Part shown: positions 1 to 11,041 of the stretch, piece after piece
Position numbering within the stretch: position 1 is the first letter of the stretch
Layout of the letters: every line of letters starts with the position of its first letter
NCBI GenBank assembly: GCA_038496445.1
Contig: JALMLS010000138.1
Span: forward strand, 1 to 64,000
Length of the DNA: 64,000 nt
Reading direction: 5' to 3'
DNA from: Trichosphaerium sp. ATCC 40318
Taxonomy: Eukaryota; Protista; Tubulinea
The notes under the pieces: model-generated
What the model was told of the DNA's origin: nothing
Databases searched by the model: none
What the model saw: only the letters and a program-made list of their open reading frames with translations
Made by a program: the position numbers and the translations under genes

Positions 1-1277
1 TTTCTGATTGATGTTGTGAGGTTTTTTCTGACGTAGATACAACAGTGAGAAAGAGCACTTGGACGAATCCGTAGAGATCCAGCATTACATGACGCACTTG
101 AGTTTAGATATAATGGGTAACCTCTAATAACATTGTAGCCCAAGTGGTGCTTACACAAGGATTAGGTCTGTGCGCATTTGGTATGGATTTTGGAGCAATT
201 GACACAGAATCAGGTAGTGTAACCTTTGTTTCATTCTTTCTTATAGTATCCATAGAGTATGTACACTCCATCAAACTGATTGCAACCCTCGCTGAAAAGT
301 GGTACCTCATGCCTTGGGCATACAATATGAGCGTTTTCAAATACACAAGCGTTGGGAAAGAGTACTTGTCCACCATGAAAATATTGCACGATTACACAGA
401 AAATGTAATCCGCAAGAGGATGCAATCGCACAAGGAAGGAAAAGTTACTCAAAAGAAGCGAATGGATTTCTTGGATATATTGTTACAAGCAACTACTGAG
501 GATGGAAAACACTTGGAGTTCTTGGACATTCGTGAAGAAGTCGACACATTCCTCTTTGAAGGTACAATTTGAATTGTTATTTTGTATCCTCCTTCTTGCA
601 TCTCAACTCACGAACAATAATAGGCCATATACCGGACACGCCCTCACATGGGCACTATACTGTCTTGCAAAGTATCCTGAATATCAAACAAAAGTTCGAG
701 AGGAGGTAAACAGCATACTTGGATCTAGAGCGCAACCAGACCATGAAGACCTTCCAAAATTTAAATATCTCACACTTTGTATCAAAGAGGCAATGAGGTT
801 GTATCCTCCAGGTACTAAATTTAAAAAGCACGCTTTAAAGTTGTAGTACTAACTGTTAAAATGCAGTACCGTACATTGGAAGAAATCTTGTGAAGCCTAT
901 GGAAGTGAAGGGCGTTACTTTAGATCCCGACACACTAGTAGTTGTATCACCTTACACAATGCATCGTCATCCAGACTACTGGCCTGAACCAACTGTATTC
1001 AAACCTGAGCGTTTTGAAGTGACACCAAAACCATTTACATACATTCCATTCAGCGCTGGTAATGAGTAATTTTAAAACCTGTTTGTGTTAATTATTTTTA
1101 GGACAAAGAAATTGCATTGGACAGAAATTTGCAATGAACGAAATGATTGTGACACTTGCAATGATCACGAAACAGTTTGACTTTGTTCTTGATGATACTC
1201 ACGAGGTAATCCCTACTACAAAGCTTATATTAGTAGCACAGGATGGAATCCGTGTCAAATTCTCTAAAGTTAAGTAA
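1..1277 (+). CDS. Cytochrome P450 (CYP4-clan-like), 5'-partial, multi-exon; apparent frameshift in I-helix (possible pseudogene)
   Basis: Spliced motifs DFLDILL, IREEVDTFLFEG, K-helix KEAMRLYPP, PERF, haem signature FSAGQRNCIG; stop TAA 1275-1277. The only usable AG (622-623) gives EG-H followed by a frame break before TGHALTW. Confidence 0.9.
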
Positions 1278-1379
1278 AAACAATGTATTTGTGGAAAGGC
1301 TAGCTTGTTTTTTGTTCATCAATAAAAGAACTAGTCCATATCTACAATGATCGTTTTTATAATACATTTGGCTCTTGGT

Positions 1380-2009
1380 TCATGACGTTTGCATCGGTTG
1401 AGGTCCATTGTCGGCATTGGCTTGATTTTGCTCAGCGTCTTGGCGCAAGCGGTTGTTTCGGTGGTGATTGTAGTGGTTGTGAATCTATTTTACATTGTGT
1501 TTTAGTAAATGACACCTGTCACAATTTCCTTCAAAAAAAAATCTGGTGATGCGCACTTGTTCGTATATGAAATTGATAGTTTGTTGTTGTTTCGTCGCCT
1601 TACGAAAGTTCTTGTCTTGCAGGAAGTCCAGAATCTTTAAACAATACGGAAATCTGCGTAAAACGAAAGTTAATACTGTACAGGTTATTTGACGTAGTAC
1701 CTTATGAACTTGGCGTATTCGGGTCTCTTCCAGTACAGTAGGTAGTTTAAGTATTTTATGAAATTTTCGTTCTCAAAGTACTTGTTTTGGTGCTGAGCGA
1801 GGACTAGAGTATGTATTAGTTGGTTTCCTGGCCGTCAGCGCACATTTTACATATTCTGGGTTCGCCAAGCACTGAACGAACTCTAAATCTAGTACAAACC
1901 TTCTATCGTCACCTGTGGGAGTTTTTGATTTCATTTTAATGTTAACGGTTTATTTGGTTGTATACGAGTTTTCACATACCTCGAATGGTGCTTGTGCGTT
2001 CTCGGCCAT
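1380..2009 (-). CDS. MED31: Mediator subunit 31 (SOH1)
   Basis: Spliced translation contains RFVLDLEFVQCLANPEY and YFENENFIKYLNYLLYWKRPEYAKFI; ATG 2009, TGA 1380-1382. Confidence 0.92.
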
Positions 2010-2149
2010 TTTTAAACTTGTTGAAATGGCTATTAGTTTAAGTATGTTTCTGGTCAAGTTCACGTGGCGAAAGAAGTACCACACGCTGACAGTGGCGAGT
2101 AGATTGCTCACTACACGTACTTACGCATCTATTAGTTTTATTTGTATCA

Positions 2150-4732
2150 AATGTATGTAAAAAACGCTAATTAGCCGTTGTTAAGGTTCTTTCGCGCGTG
2201 TAAACCTATATTTAATGACGTAAAACGCCTTATTGGATCTATTTGAATGATAGGCGCCAAAGCTGTAGCGAGGATGCCCTCTCGCCACTGGCATAGTGGC
2301 GAAAATCGTAAGGAGTACTTTGAGTCGCTTGGTGGTAAATTGAAGATACACACGTTGGATTGTTGGTACAATGTCACTTTTGAAGTTGTCACAAACATGG
2401 GTGGCAGAGGCATTATGAACCTGTGCGTACAAATCTGATTTAGGTTTTACGATACTCCATTACGACAGGCGTCGCTATGCACTAACACATACGAGCCCAG
2501 GTTCTCCAACTCTGTTTCAAGAAGCTTAGAATCCGTGTACCCAAGTTACAGATGGGAATCACTACGATTTGTGTTCGTAACGGTTTTTTTTTCATTTTAT
2601 TGAATGGTACAAATGTGAAGAATTTTGACACCTTGAAGATGTGCGCCAATGGGATACTGGAAAGACCTATCGAATATTCAAGCTGCAATGGATAACATCG
2701 GGGAACGTTTGGGCATAAAACACCTTGATCAGTGGTATGTACAGAATCTTCCTTTTCGAGAATTGGTTTATACTCAGTATAATACTTAGGTATACAGTGT
2801 CTCGCCTGGCCATAAATAAAAATGGTGGTCGGAGTATACTAAAAGTGTACGGTAACATACTAACCCATTACAAGAGTGACAATGTTTTAAAGGTTTGAGG
2901 AATCAGCTTCTCAAAGTATTTTAAACACTTACCCACAGCATGACTGGAAACCTTGGTTGTTCACGTGCGCTAATAATACACCTCATAAGACTATTTAATA
3001 ACTTTTTTCATAACATCAGTCATGCACCAAATGGTTTTTGGGAAGATGAACGCAATCATCGCCAAGCAGTTGACTACATTGGTCATCAGCTAGGTCTTCA
3101 AGACTTAGAATCTTGGTATGGAGTTACAATGAGCGATTTAATCTCAGCTGGGGGAAGTGGGTTTATCCACACGTACAAAATCTTGGCATACAAACTATTG
3201 TTAATTGCGTATTAAAGCTACAACGGATCTCTTTACAAGTGTTTGATAGAATTGTTCCCTAATTACATGTGGAAACCCTGGCTTTTCTCGTGAGGCTTTT
3301 TACTCTCACTGTCACTGCCTAACATACAATTAAAGATCAACGCCAATGGGGTATTGGAAGTTAACTTCAAATCAGAGGCAAGCTTTTGATCATATTGGCG
3401 AAACTTTAGGTGTCAAACACCTGGATAGCTGGGACTCAATAGGTGCGAATTCAGTCATTAACCTTGGTGGCGCTAGTATAATAGACGTGTACGTTTATTT
3501 CACATGGTTGAATCTATACTAACGAATTGAATAGGTGTGGGGGATCACTTGCACAATGTCTAAGAGTGATGTACCCAGACCATGATTGGAAACATCTTCA
3601 ATTGAGGTACAAGTCGTGTTGAAGCGTTCTCAAGCAAATTTCTAAGCATGGCACTAGAGATTTAGCTAGAAGGAAGCGGGAGTCGCGGTTGGCAAAAATC
3701 GCAAACTCAATTCAACGTGCTCAACCATTAAAGAAACGGACAAGAGTTACACGGCGCAATTTTTTCTTTTGGAATAGGTTATCAGATCAAAAACAGTTTT
3801 TACGAGGACTTCAACGTGTACTAGACATCGAAAGCCCCGAGCAATGGTAAGCAGTGGCTCCGTTTTTATCGTATTCCATTTTATAACTCTCTAGGTATCG
3901 GGTATCTTTTGATCAGATAGCAGAGCGTGGAGGATCTGGCTTGAGAAAGTACTGGCCCCATGTTTTACAGCATATTGAACCAAAGTTTCCATGGGCGTGG
4001 GATAACTTTGGTCGAGCTTCAAAGCAGTCAAAACAGAGGTAAACAATGGTGATTATTTCTGTACATTCTAAGGGGATTGTAGGCAGCTTGTAGCGTGTAT
4101 ACAAGCTATATTTAAGAGCTATGTTGTGATGGAAGAAACCATATTAGAGTTGCGCCGTTCAAGTCCGAGTGGACTGTCAGTTGATGTATATGTTCCAGAG
4201 TTCAATCTAGCATTGGAATACCAAGGCAAGAAATTGTCTAGCCAAAGTTGTTAAACCTTACTCAGGTGAACAACATTACACCGATACATTCACATGGCAT
4301 TTCTCAGAGGTACAAAAAGTAAGAGACCTAGAGAAGAAGCAGCAGTGCGAAAATGCAGGTACCCAACAAATTAGATATGCAATTGTAAAAGTTAACTTTG
4401 TAGGTATCATCTTGGTTCCAATACCATACTGGGTAAGTTAACATATGGTTGTAGGAGAAAAAAATAGTGGTTTGTTCCCAAGGTTTTTTACTCTTTTTTT
4501 AGTGGCAAGGTGACTCGGCATCAATTGTAGCTACTATAAAGTACTATGCCCCTCACATTGATCTTGATATTACAACAAGCGTTGCTCCGTTGCTGGAGGA
4601 TCTTTATGAGAGCATAATGCCCCAAGGTACCGAAATATAAGCTTGTCTTTCAGCATATTTTGTTAACTATTTTCAGGCAAAAAGTACAAGTTAATGGCAC
4701 CCAATCAAGTCCTGATGCGTGAAGCTGAATAA
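2150..4732 (+). CDS. Protein with about five ~72-aa Trp-rich repeats and a C-terminal PD-(D/E)XK (Vsr/DUF559/RAP-like) nuclease-fold domain; start uncertain
   Basis: Repeats such as APMGYWKDLSNIQAAMDNIGERLGIKHLDQWY..GG..YPQHDWKPWLF and APNGFWEDERNHRQAVDYIGHQLGLQDLESWY..GG..FPNYMWKPWLF; C-terminus VDVYVPEFNLALEYQGEQHY..RDLEKKQQCENAGIILVPIPYW; stop TAA 4730-4732. Confidence 0.8.
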
Positions 4733-4878
4733 TGCGCGTAGGCTGTTAATTGCTTGTAGAAATAACAGCAGCATAAAAAGCCCAGCGTTCAATTATTAGC
4801 AAAAATAAATGCCAGGCTTGATATCTGAGGCCTAAACGCGCAATGTTGTAACAATAAAAGTGGACGCGGCGGGAAACC

Positions 4879-5625
4879 CAAATATGTAGAACTTGGTCAA
4901 AAAAAAGTCGAAAATTCGGCACACTAATCGTCACTACAGCTAGGATAGTGCCATTTTTAGCATTATCCTATATTATGCCATAGGAACTATTTAGAAAGCC
5001 CCCCTTTCAGTGGTACTAGCGGGTTTTCTACTACATAGTTTTCAATTTAATGGAAGGGGTACTAGAGGGTTTTCCACACAGTTTTCAGTCACTTGGCACT
5101 CGAGGTGCTGTAATACTTTGATTGATGACTATTATCCCTCATGTGTGTCCATGTGATTACACAGTAGTTGCTGTTAGACACAACCTTGCTCTGGCAGCAA
5201 GGTTTGGCGGTTTAGTAACATTTGGTTTGATTGAATTTGGTAAGGGGTACTAGAGGGTTTTCTACCACCATGGTTTTCAATCACTTGGCACTCGAGGTGC
5301 CGTAATACTTTGATTGCTGACCAATATCCCTTGAGTGTGTCCATATGATTACACACTGATCACTAGACACAACCTTGCTCTGGCAGCAAGGTTTGGCGGT
5401 TTAGTAACATTTGGTTTGATTGAATTTGGTTAGGGATAGGGGTTATTTATTTAGTTTACAAAGTTAAGGCATTCAGGGGTTTGGGGGGGCAGAGCCTAGC
5501 GGCGACTGAGCGCCATAACCCAGTTGTCTTCCTTTGTGGCGAACAGTTCAATATCACTTTACATTTTTTCGACTTTTTTTCGACATTTTAGTACACACTG
5601 ACCAGGCTTGAAGTTCTAATATTTG
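4879..5625. mobile_element. Possible degenerate inverted-repeat-bounded non-autonomous element
   Basis: Left end caaatatgtagaactt-ggtc-aaaaaaaagtcgaaaa matches, with gaps, the reverse complement of right end ttttcgactttttttcgac..gacc..aagttctaatatttg; non-coding interior; no TSD seen. Confidence 0.35.
5054..5430. repeat. Tandem direct repeat, two copies of ~188 bp (plus a partial copy near 5012-5046)
   Basis: Units start aaggggtactagagggtttt at 5054 and 5242; the last ~65 bp are identical; internal hairpins such as aaccttgct-ctggc-agcaaggtt. Confidence 0.92.
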
Positions 5626-5631
5626 TAGACT

Positions 5632-7822
5632 ATGACTTTTCACGTGCGGTTCATCTCAACACGCGCTACTGTCATTTTGTGCGTATTGTGCGTGATATTA
5701 TGCGGTAAGGAGCGTCAACATATCGTTAGTAACAAGTACCAAGGGGTGTCAGCTGTTTCTACAAATATTTTCTTTAATACAGCAAATTACGAACGGCAAA
5801 TAGTTGGAGAACGCTTGGACGACCCACCTCCTCAAATCACCTTGGGTGTTATCAATGGCCTTCAATATTACGTATACAGCTTTGCCCATGGTACCACACT
5901 GTTTTTATTGTCATTTTTGTACTGACATGAACCTTTTTGGTAGGTTCAGTTCTACCATCTGTTTCGTTGTTGGTATCGACACCTGAACGTACGTAATTTA
6001 TACTATTTTACTACCATAACGAATGAAAAATTGTGCTCACGTTGTTTGAAAGAGCTTGTACGAGAGGAAATTTCGTATTCAAACACATTCAATACAATCG
6101 TTGGTGTAACTGTAGCCTCTTTCAACAGCTCAAGGATTCTTACTATCCACGAAGATGTTTCTAATCCAATAGCTGATTTCATTTACTACAATGAAATGAC
6201 TGATGTGCGTTTGTTTGACCGTGGTTCCGCATTGCCATATTTATTCGTGTTTAGGACTTCAAAAGAAATCTTACAAGCAGACGAATCAACACACGCTTAA
6301 ACCAAATACAGAGTGCATTTGAAGGTAAGATAAATCCAAATAAAACCAATTTTATGAGTTAATATTGTACTCAAAGTTGGAAGCTCACACATTGCATACA
6401 CCTACGATGTAAGCGGCAATACAGATTTGTACTACAAGATTGAGAATCTTGAAGAAACCAGCCAGATAATGCCGTTCTTCGAAAGTACGTCGTATCCCAA
6501 GTTAATTAATGATTGTTCCAACCACGTGTTTAGAATCAAAACAAAAACAAGCTACAACTACATTTTTGACGAAAATAAATGATGAATGTTTTGTTTTGGC
6601 TTCGGTATTTGGCTTGGGAAACATTACACTGGCTTTCTTCGATGGACAAAATCAAGTAAACAAGAAACCAGTAATCACACCTCACCATTGTATAGACTGA
6701 TCCTCTTTTCGAAATTCCAACAGGCATTGCAAATGACATTCGGTTAGTTCACAATGCCGAAATGGAACGCATATTACTCCACTACATGGTTGGCAATGAA
6801 ACATTCCTTCAAATATTCTCATACGACTGCAATGTCAAATTTGATAGTCAACGTGCTGTGGTCACAAGTACATATGGATTTGATCAACGTGCAATTGTAA
6901 GTGTAGGAGAATTACAGGATGGTCCTTTTGTCATTGTGATAGCTCAATCCGATGGCACTGTACACTTTTTTAGCAGCGACAATATAGATTCAAGTATGGG
7001 TTCTATTTCCAAAACGACAACTGGCTCTGTTGTTTCAATTGATGCTGTATTTAATCATGACCGATGTGAAATGGTAATAGTGACAAGATGTAATGGGGTG
7101 AATGAGATGGCCATCATAACCGGAGCAGGCTATTTCAACTGTACAGGTACATTGCTTCATAGCTTCATCAATTGAACTGTATCATTTCTTATTCCTGTAG
7201 CACCACCTGAATTACCAGAGCCGCCATTGGCAGGTACAACGGAGCCACCAACAGAAGTGCCAATGCCAATACCAACAGAATCACCAACTGGTTGCTACCT
7301 TTGCATTGTACTATCCAGATTTTAACTTGTGTTACAGATTTTATGCCACTTGATAATATTGTTATACTCGATTCCGATCTTGTTATTAGCGGTACTATGA
7401 GATGTTTTTTTTGAATGCCAAGTTGTCTGATGCTTGTGATAGGTATGGTTGCCTTCAACAATACAATACTTAGAGTTATAAAACCCAATACAATATTTAA
7501 TGTCAGTGGCTGTATCAGTGGTCCATTTACAGTTGATGCAACATCGATAGAGGTACATATTTTTACTTCATTATTGAGACTAAAGACTTTTATTTAGGCA
7601 TTGTCACTACTGATATCACAGAAACGAGGATGCACAGATGTTGATCCAATGGTTCTTTCACGTGATAGCCAGTGTGTTAAGCAAACCAGGTCATTCACAA
7701 CATTTGCTAGTGTCCTCAATATTGACGTTGACAGATGTAACACTAGTCGCGGTCACGCGATAATTGTAGCGTGGGCTGTACTGTTTCTTTGTGTTTCTGT
7801 TTTTAGTAATAAATATTTCTAA
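5632..7822 (+). CDS. Secreted, probably GPI-anchored surface protein, paralogue A
   Basis: Hydrophobic N-terminus (ATVILCVLCVILC), beta-rich ectodomain over many short exons, Pro/Thr linker, hydrophobic C-terminus GHAIIVAWAVLFLCVSVF; strong DNA similarity to 8129-9740. Confidence 0.8.
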
Positions 7823-8128
7823 AAAGCAACTAAAAACATCAAGCAATGACCCGTTCGTTATCTATAGTTGCATTTGCCGTTTACTAACATACAGTAACAG
7901 CACGGATGTAAAAGAGCCAATGTTCAGACTGTAAGTGAAAGTGTATTTTAAACGACAACGTCAAGCAGCGAATAAAGTAGCTTCAAGTATGCGTCAACAG
8001 TTAACGTTAACAGCGTCCAACAATTTCTTGGTCACAAAAAGTAATTCCGTATTTGAAGCGCCACTACCAACACGTGCTATACGTGGAGCGTCATAAAAAG
8101 CCTCAATAAGTAATTCAATAAATAAACA

Positions 8129-10778
8129 ATGACTTTTCACGTGCGGTTCATCTCAACACGCGTTGCTGTCATTTTGTGCGTATTATGCGGTAAGGAGCGT
8201 CAACATATCGTTAGTAACAAGTACAAGGGGTGTCAGCTGTTTCTACAGACATTTTCTTTAATACAACAAATTACGAACGGCGAGTAGTTGGAGAACGTGT
8301 GGACAACCCACCCCCTCAAATCACCTTGGGTGTTATCAATGGCCTTCAATATTACGTATACAGCTTTGCTCGTGGTACCACACTGTTTTTATTGTCATTT
8401 TTTGTAACTGACATGAACCTTTTTGGTAGGTGTAATTGTACCACCAACTGTTTCGTTGCTGATATCGACACCTGAACGTACGTAATTTATACTATTTTAC
8501 TACCATAACGAATGAAAAATTGTGCTCACGTTGTTTGAAAGAGCTTGTACGAGAGGAAATTTCGTCTTCAAACACATTCACTCCAGCCTTTGGTATAGCT
8601 GTAGCCTCTTTCAACAGCTCAAGGATTCTTACTATCCACGAAGACAATAGTAATTGGAGAGCTGGTTTCATTTATTACAATGAAATGACTGATGTGAGTT
8701 TGTTTGACCACGGTTCCACATTGCCACATTTATTCGTGTTTAGGACTTCAACAGAAGTTCTACAGGCAGACCAATCAACACGCGCTTAAACCAAATACAG
8801 AGTGCATTTGAAGGTAAGACAAATCCAAATAAAACCAAGTTCGTGAGTTAATATTGTACTCAAAGTTGGAAGCTCACACATTGCATACACCTACGATATA
8901 AGTAGCAATACAGATTTGTATTACAAGATTGAGAATATTGACGAAACAAGCCAGATAATGCCATTCTTCGAAAGTACGTAGTATCCCAAGTTAATTAATG
9001 ATTTCCAACCACGTGTTTAGAATCAAGACAAAGACAACCTACAACTACATTTTTGACAAAAATAAATGATGAATGTTTTGTTTTGGCTTCGGCATTTAGT
9101 GCAGGAAACATAACACTGGCTTTCTTCGATGGACAAAATCAAGTAAACAAGAAACCAGTAATCACACCTCACCATTGTATAGACTGATCCTCTTTTCGAA
9201 ATTGCAACAAGTGGCATTGCAAATGACATTCGGTTAGTTCACAATGCCGAAATGGAACGCATATTACTCCACTACATGGTTGGCAGTGATGAAACATTCC
9301 TTCAAATATTCTCATACGACTGCAACGTCAAATTTGATAGTCAACGCACCATGGTCACAAGTACATATGGATTTGATCAACGTGCAATTGTAAGTGTGGG
9401 AGAATCACAAAAGGGTCCTTTCGTCATTGTGATAGCTCAATCCGATGGCACTGTACACTTTTTTAGCAGCGACAATATAGATTCAAGTATGGGTTCTATT
9501 TCCAAAACGACAACTGGCTCTGTTGTTTCAATTGATGCTGTATTTAATCATGACCGATGTGAAATGGTAATAGTGACAAGATGTAATGGGGTGAATGAGA
9601 TGGCCATCATAACAACTGGAGCAGGCTTTTTCGACTGTCCAGGTACATTACTTCAATTAGCTGTACTATTTTCTTATTCCTGTAACACCAACTGAATCAC
9701 CAGAGCCGCCATCGGTAGGCACAACAGAACCACCAAACATTCCAGCTGCGCCACAGTTACAAACAACAAATCCTCCTAGCACAATCGCTCCAACTAGTAC
9801 TAGCCTAAAAGTATGCCATAAAATTATATTTCTTGTTTAACTTGTGTTACAGATTTTGCCAAGGCTTGATTGCGTTTTGGAGGAATCTGCTGGTAAATAC
9901 GTGGCTATTCTAGGCTGGGACACTATGGTAATATTAGAAACACTTACAATCCGTACTAAATAGTCAACAATAGGAAAATACACAGATTCCATACGGCCAA
10001 AACAATATAATAACACCAACACCTTTGGATACTTCGATTGTGCCAACACTATTCGAAGGAAGTGCAGCCTTCTTCCCTTCAACTGAACCTTTTCGATACG
10101 ATTTTGATGGACAATCGACATCTTGGACACTTGGTGAAGGTGTTGTAACATTCTCAAGCGCTAGTCCAAAGTGTATCACAGATGGTAAGTGTTTATTACA
10201 TAGCTATTGTATTTAAATTATATTGTAGAAGCTACTGTGGATTTCATTATTGCTGAACCATTCCCACTGGATGATACTACGCTTCTAGCCATACAAATAG
10301 AAGTTGCTAAAGGCATGGGAGTAAACGTGAGCGATATTACAGTGAGCCAGAGTGCAACACCAAGTTCTAAGAGGCAAACGAGCACAACTGTTTCTGTAAC
10401 AATAACAGGTTCTGTACTGTGTATTTACACTCAAGTGGCCAACTTCTGTTGTAGATAGTGCAGTGTCTAATCCAGTGAGTGTCGTTTCAGACTTCACAAA
10501 CGATGAGGATGGTGTGAAAAGAACTACAGACAGCATCAATACAAACGCTGGGGTAACAGTAACGGTAACCAACGAATTCCAACTTTCTTTATGAAGTTTA
10601 TTACCTAATTCGAAATTAGGCTGTTACTATCCCTGAACCTCCCACTGTCACCAAAGGTACAACCAGATTCACCCCAACAAGCGATAGTATGCGTACAAGA
10701 GTACTACGGTATTCTACAGTAACTCTGTTTGTTTCTTGCAGCATATTATTGGCAAGTATCAATTTTCTTTTCAAATAA
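8129..10778 (+). CDS. Secreted, probably GPI-anchored surface protein, paralogue B (5' part like A, 3' part like C)
   Basis: From the ATG to ~9740 it aligns with gene A including introns; ~9853-10410 aligns with gene C; SSKRQ motif; hydrophobic C-terminus; stop TAA 10776-10778. Confidence 0.8.
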
Positions 10779-11041
10779 ACAAGCGTGTTCATAAGTGTAA
10801 TTCCAAAAGCCCCATTTAACTTGACTCGCTCTCACTAGTCCTAGTCGCCCAGTTTTTTTGTAGCATTGTTTTAGTAAATGACACAAAAAACTACACGTTA
10901 CTATCCTGCCTGGCTAACGGAAACGAATGGCATATAAACCGAGCTACAGAACATAAGTTGTGTTGGCGAAAACTAGCGTTGATTTTCGGTTTTTTTTACG
11001 ATTGTTCACAAAGTTCACAATCGAAACAATAAGAACTCAAT

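Noticed and set aside
4931-4945. CACTA transposon end (cactacag)
   Set aside because: I saw no matching inverted end or 3-bp TSD nearby.
5054-5430. CRISPR-like array
   Set aside because: Only two long units, no repeat-spacer structure, eukaryotic context and no cas genes.
5428-5445. Telomeric repeat or telomerase template (ggttagggatagggg)
   Set aside because: A single TTAGGG unit is expected by chance.
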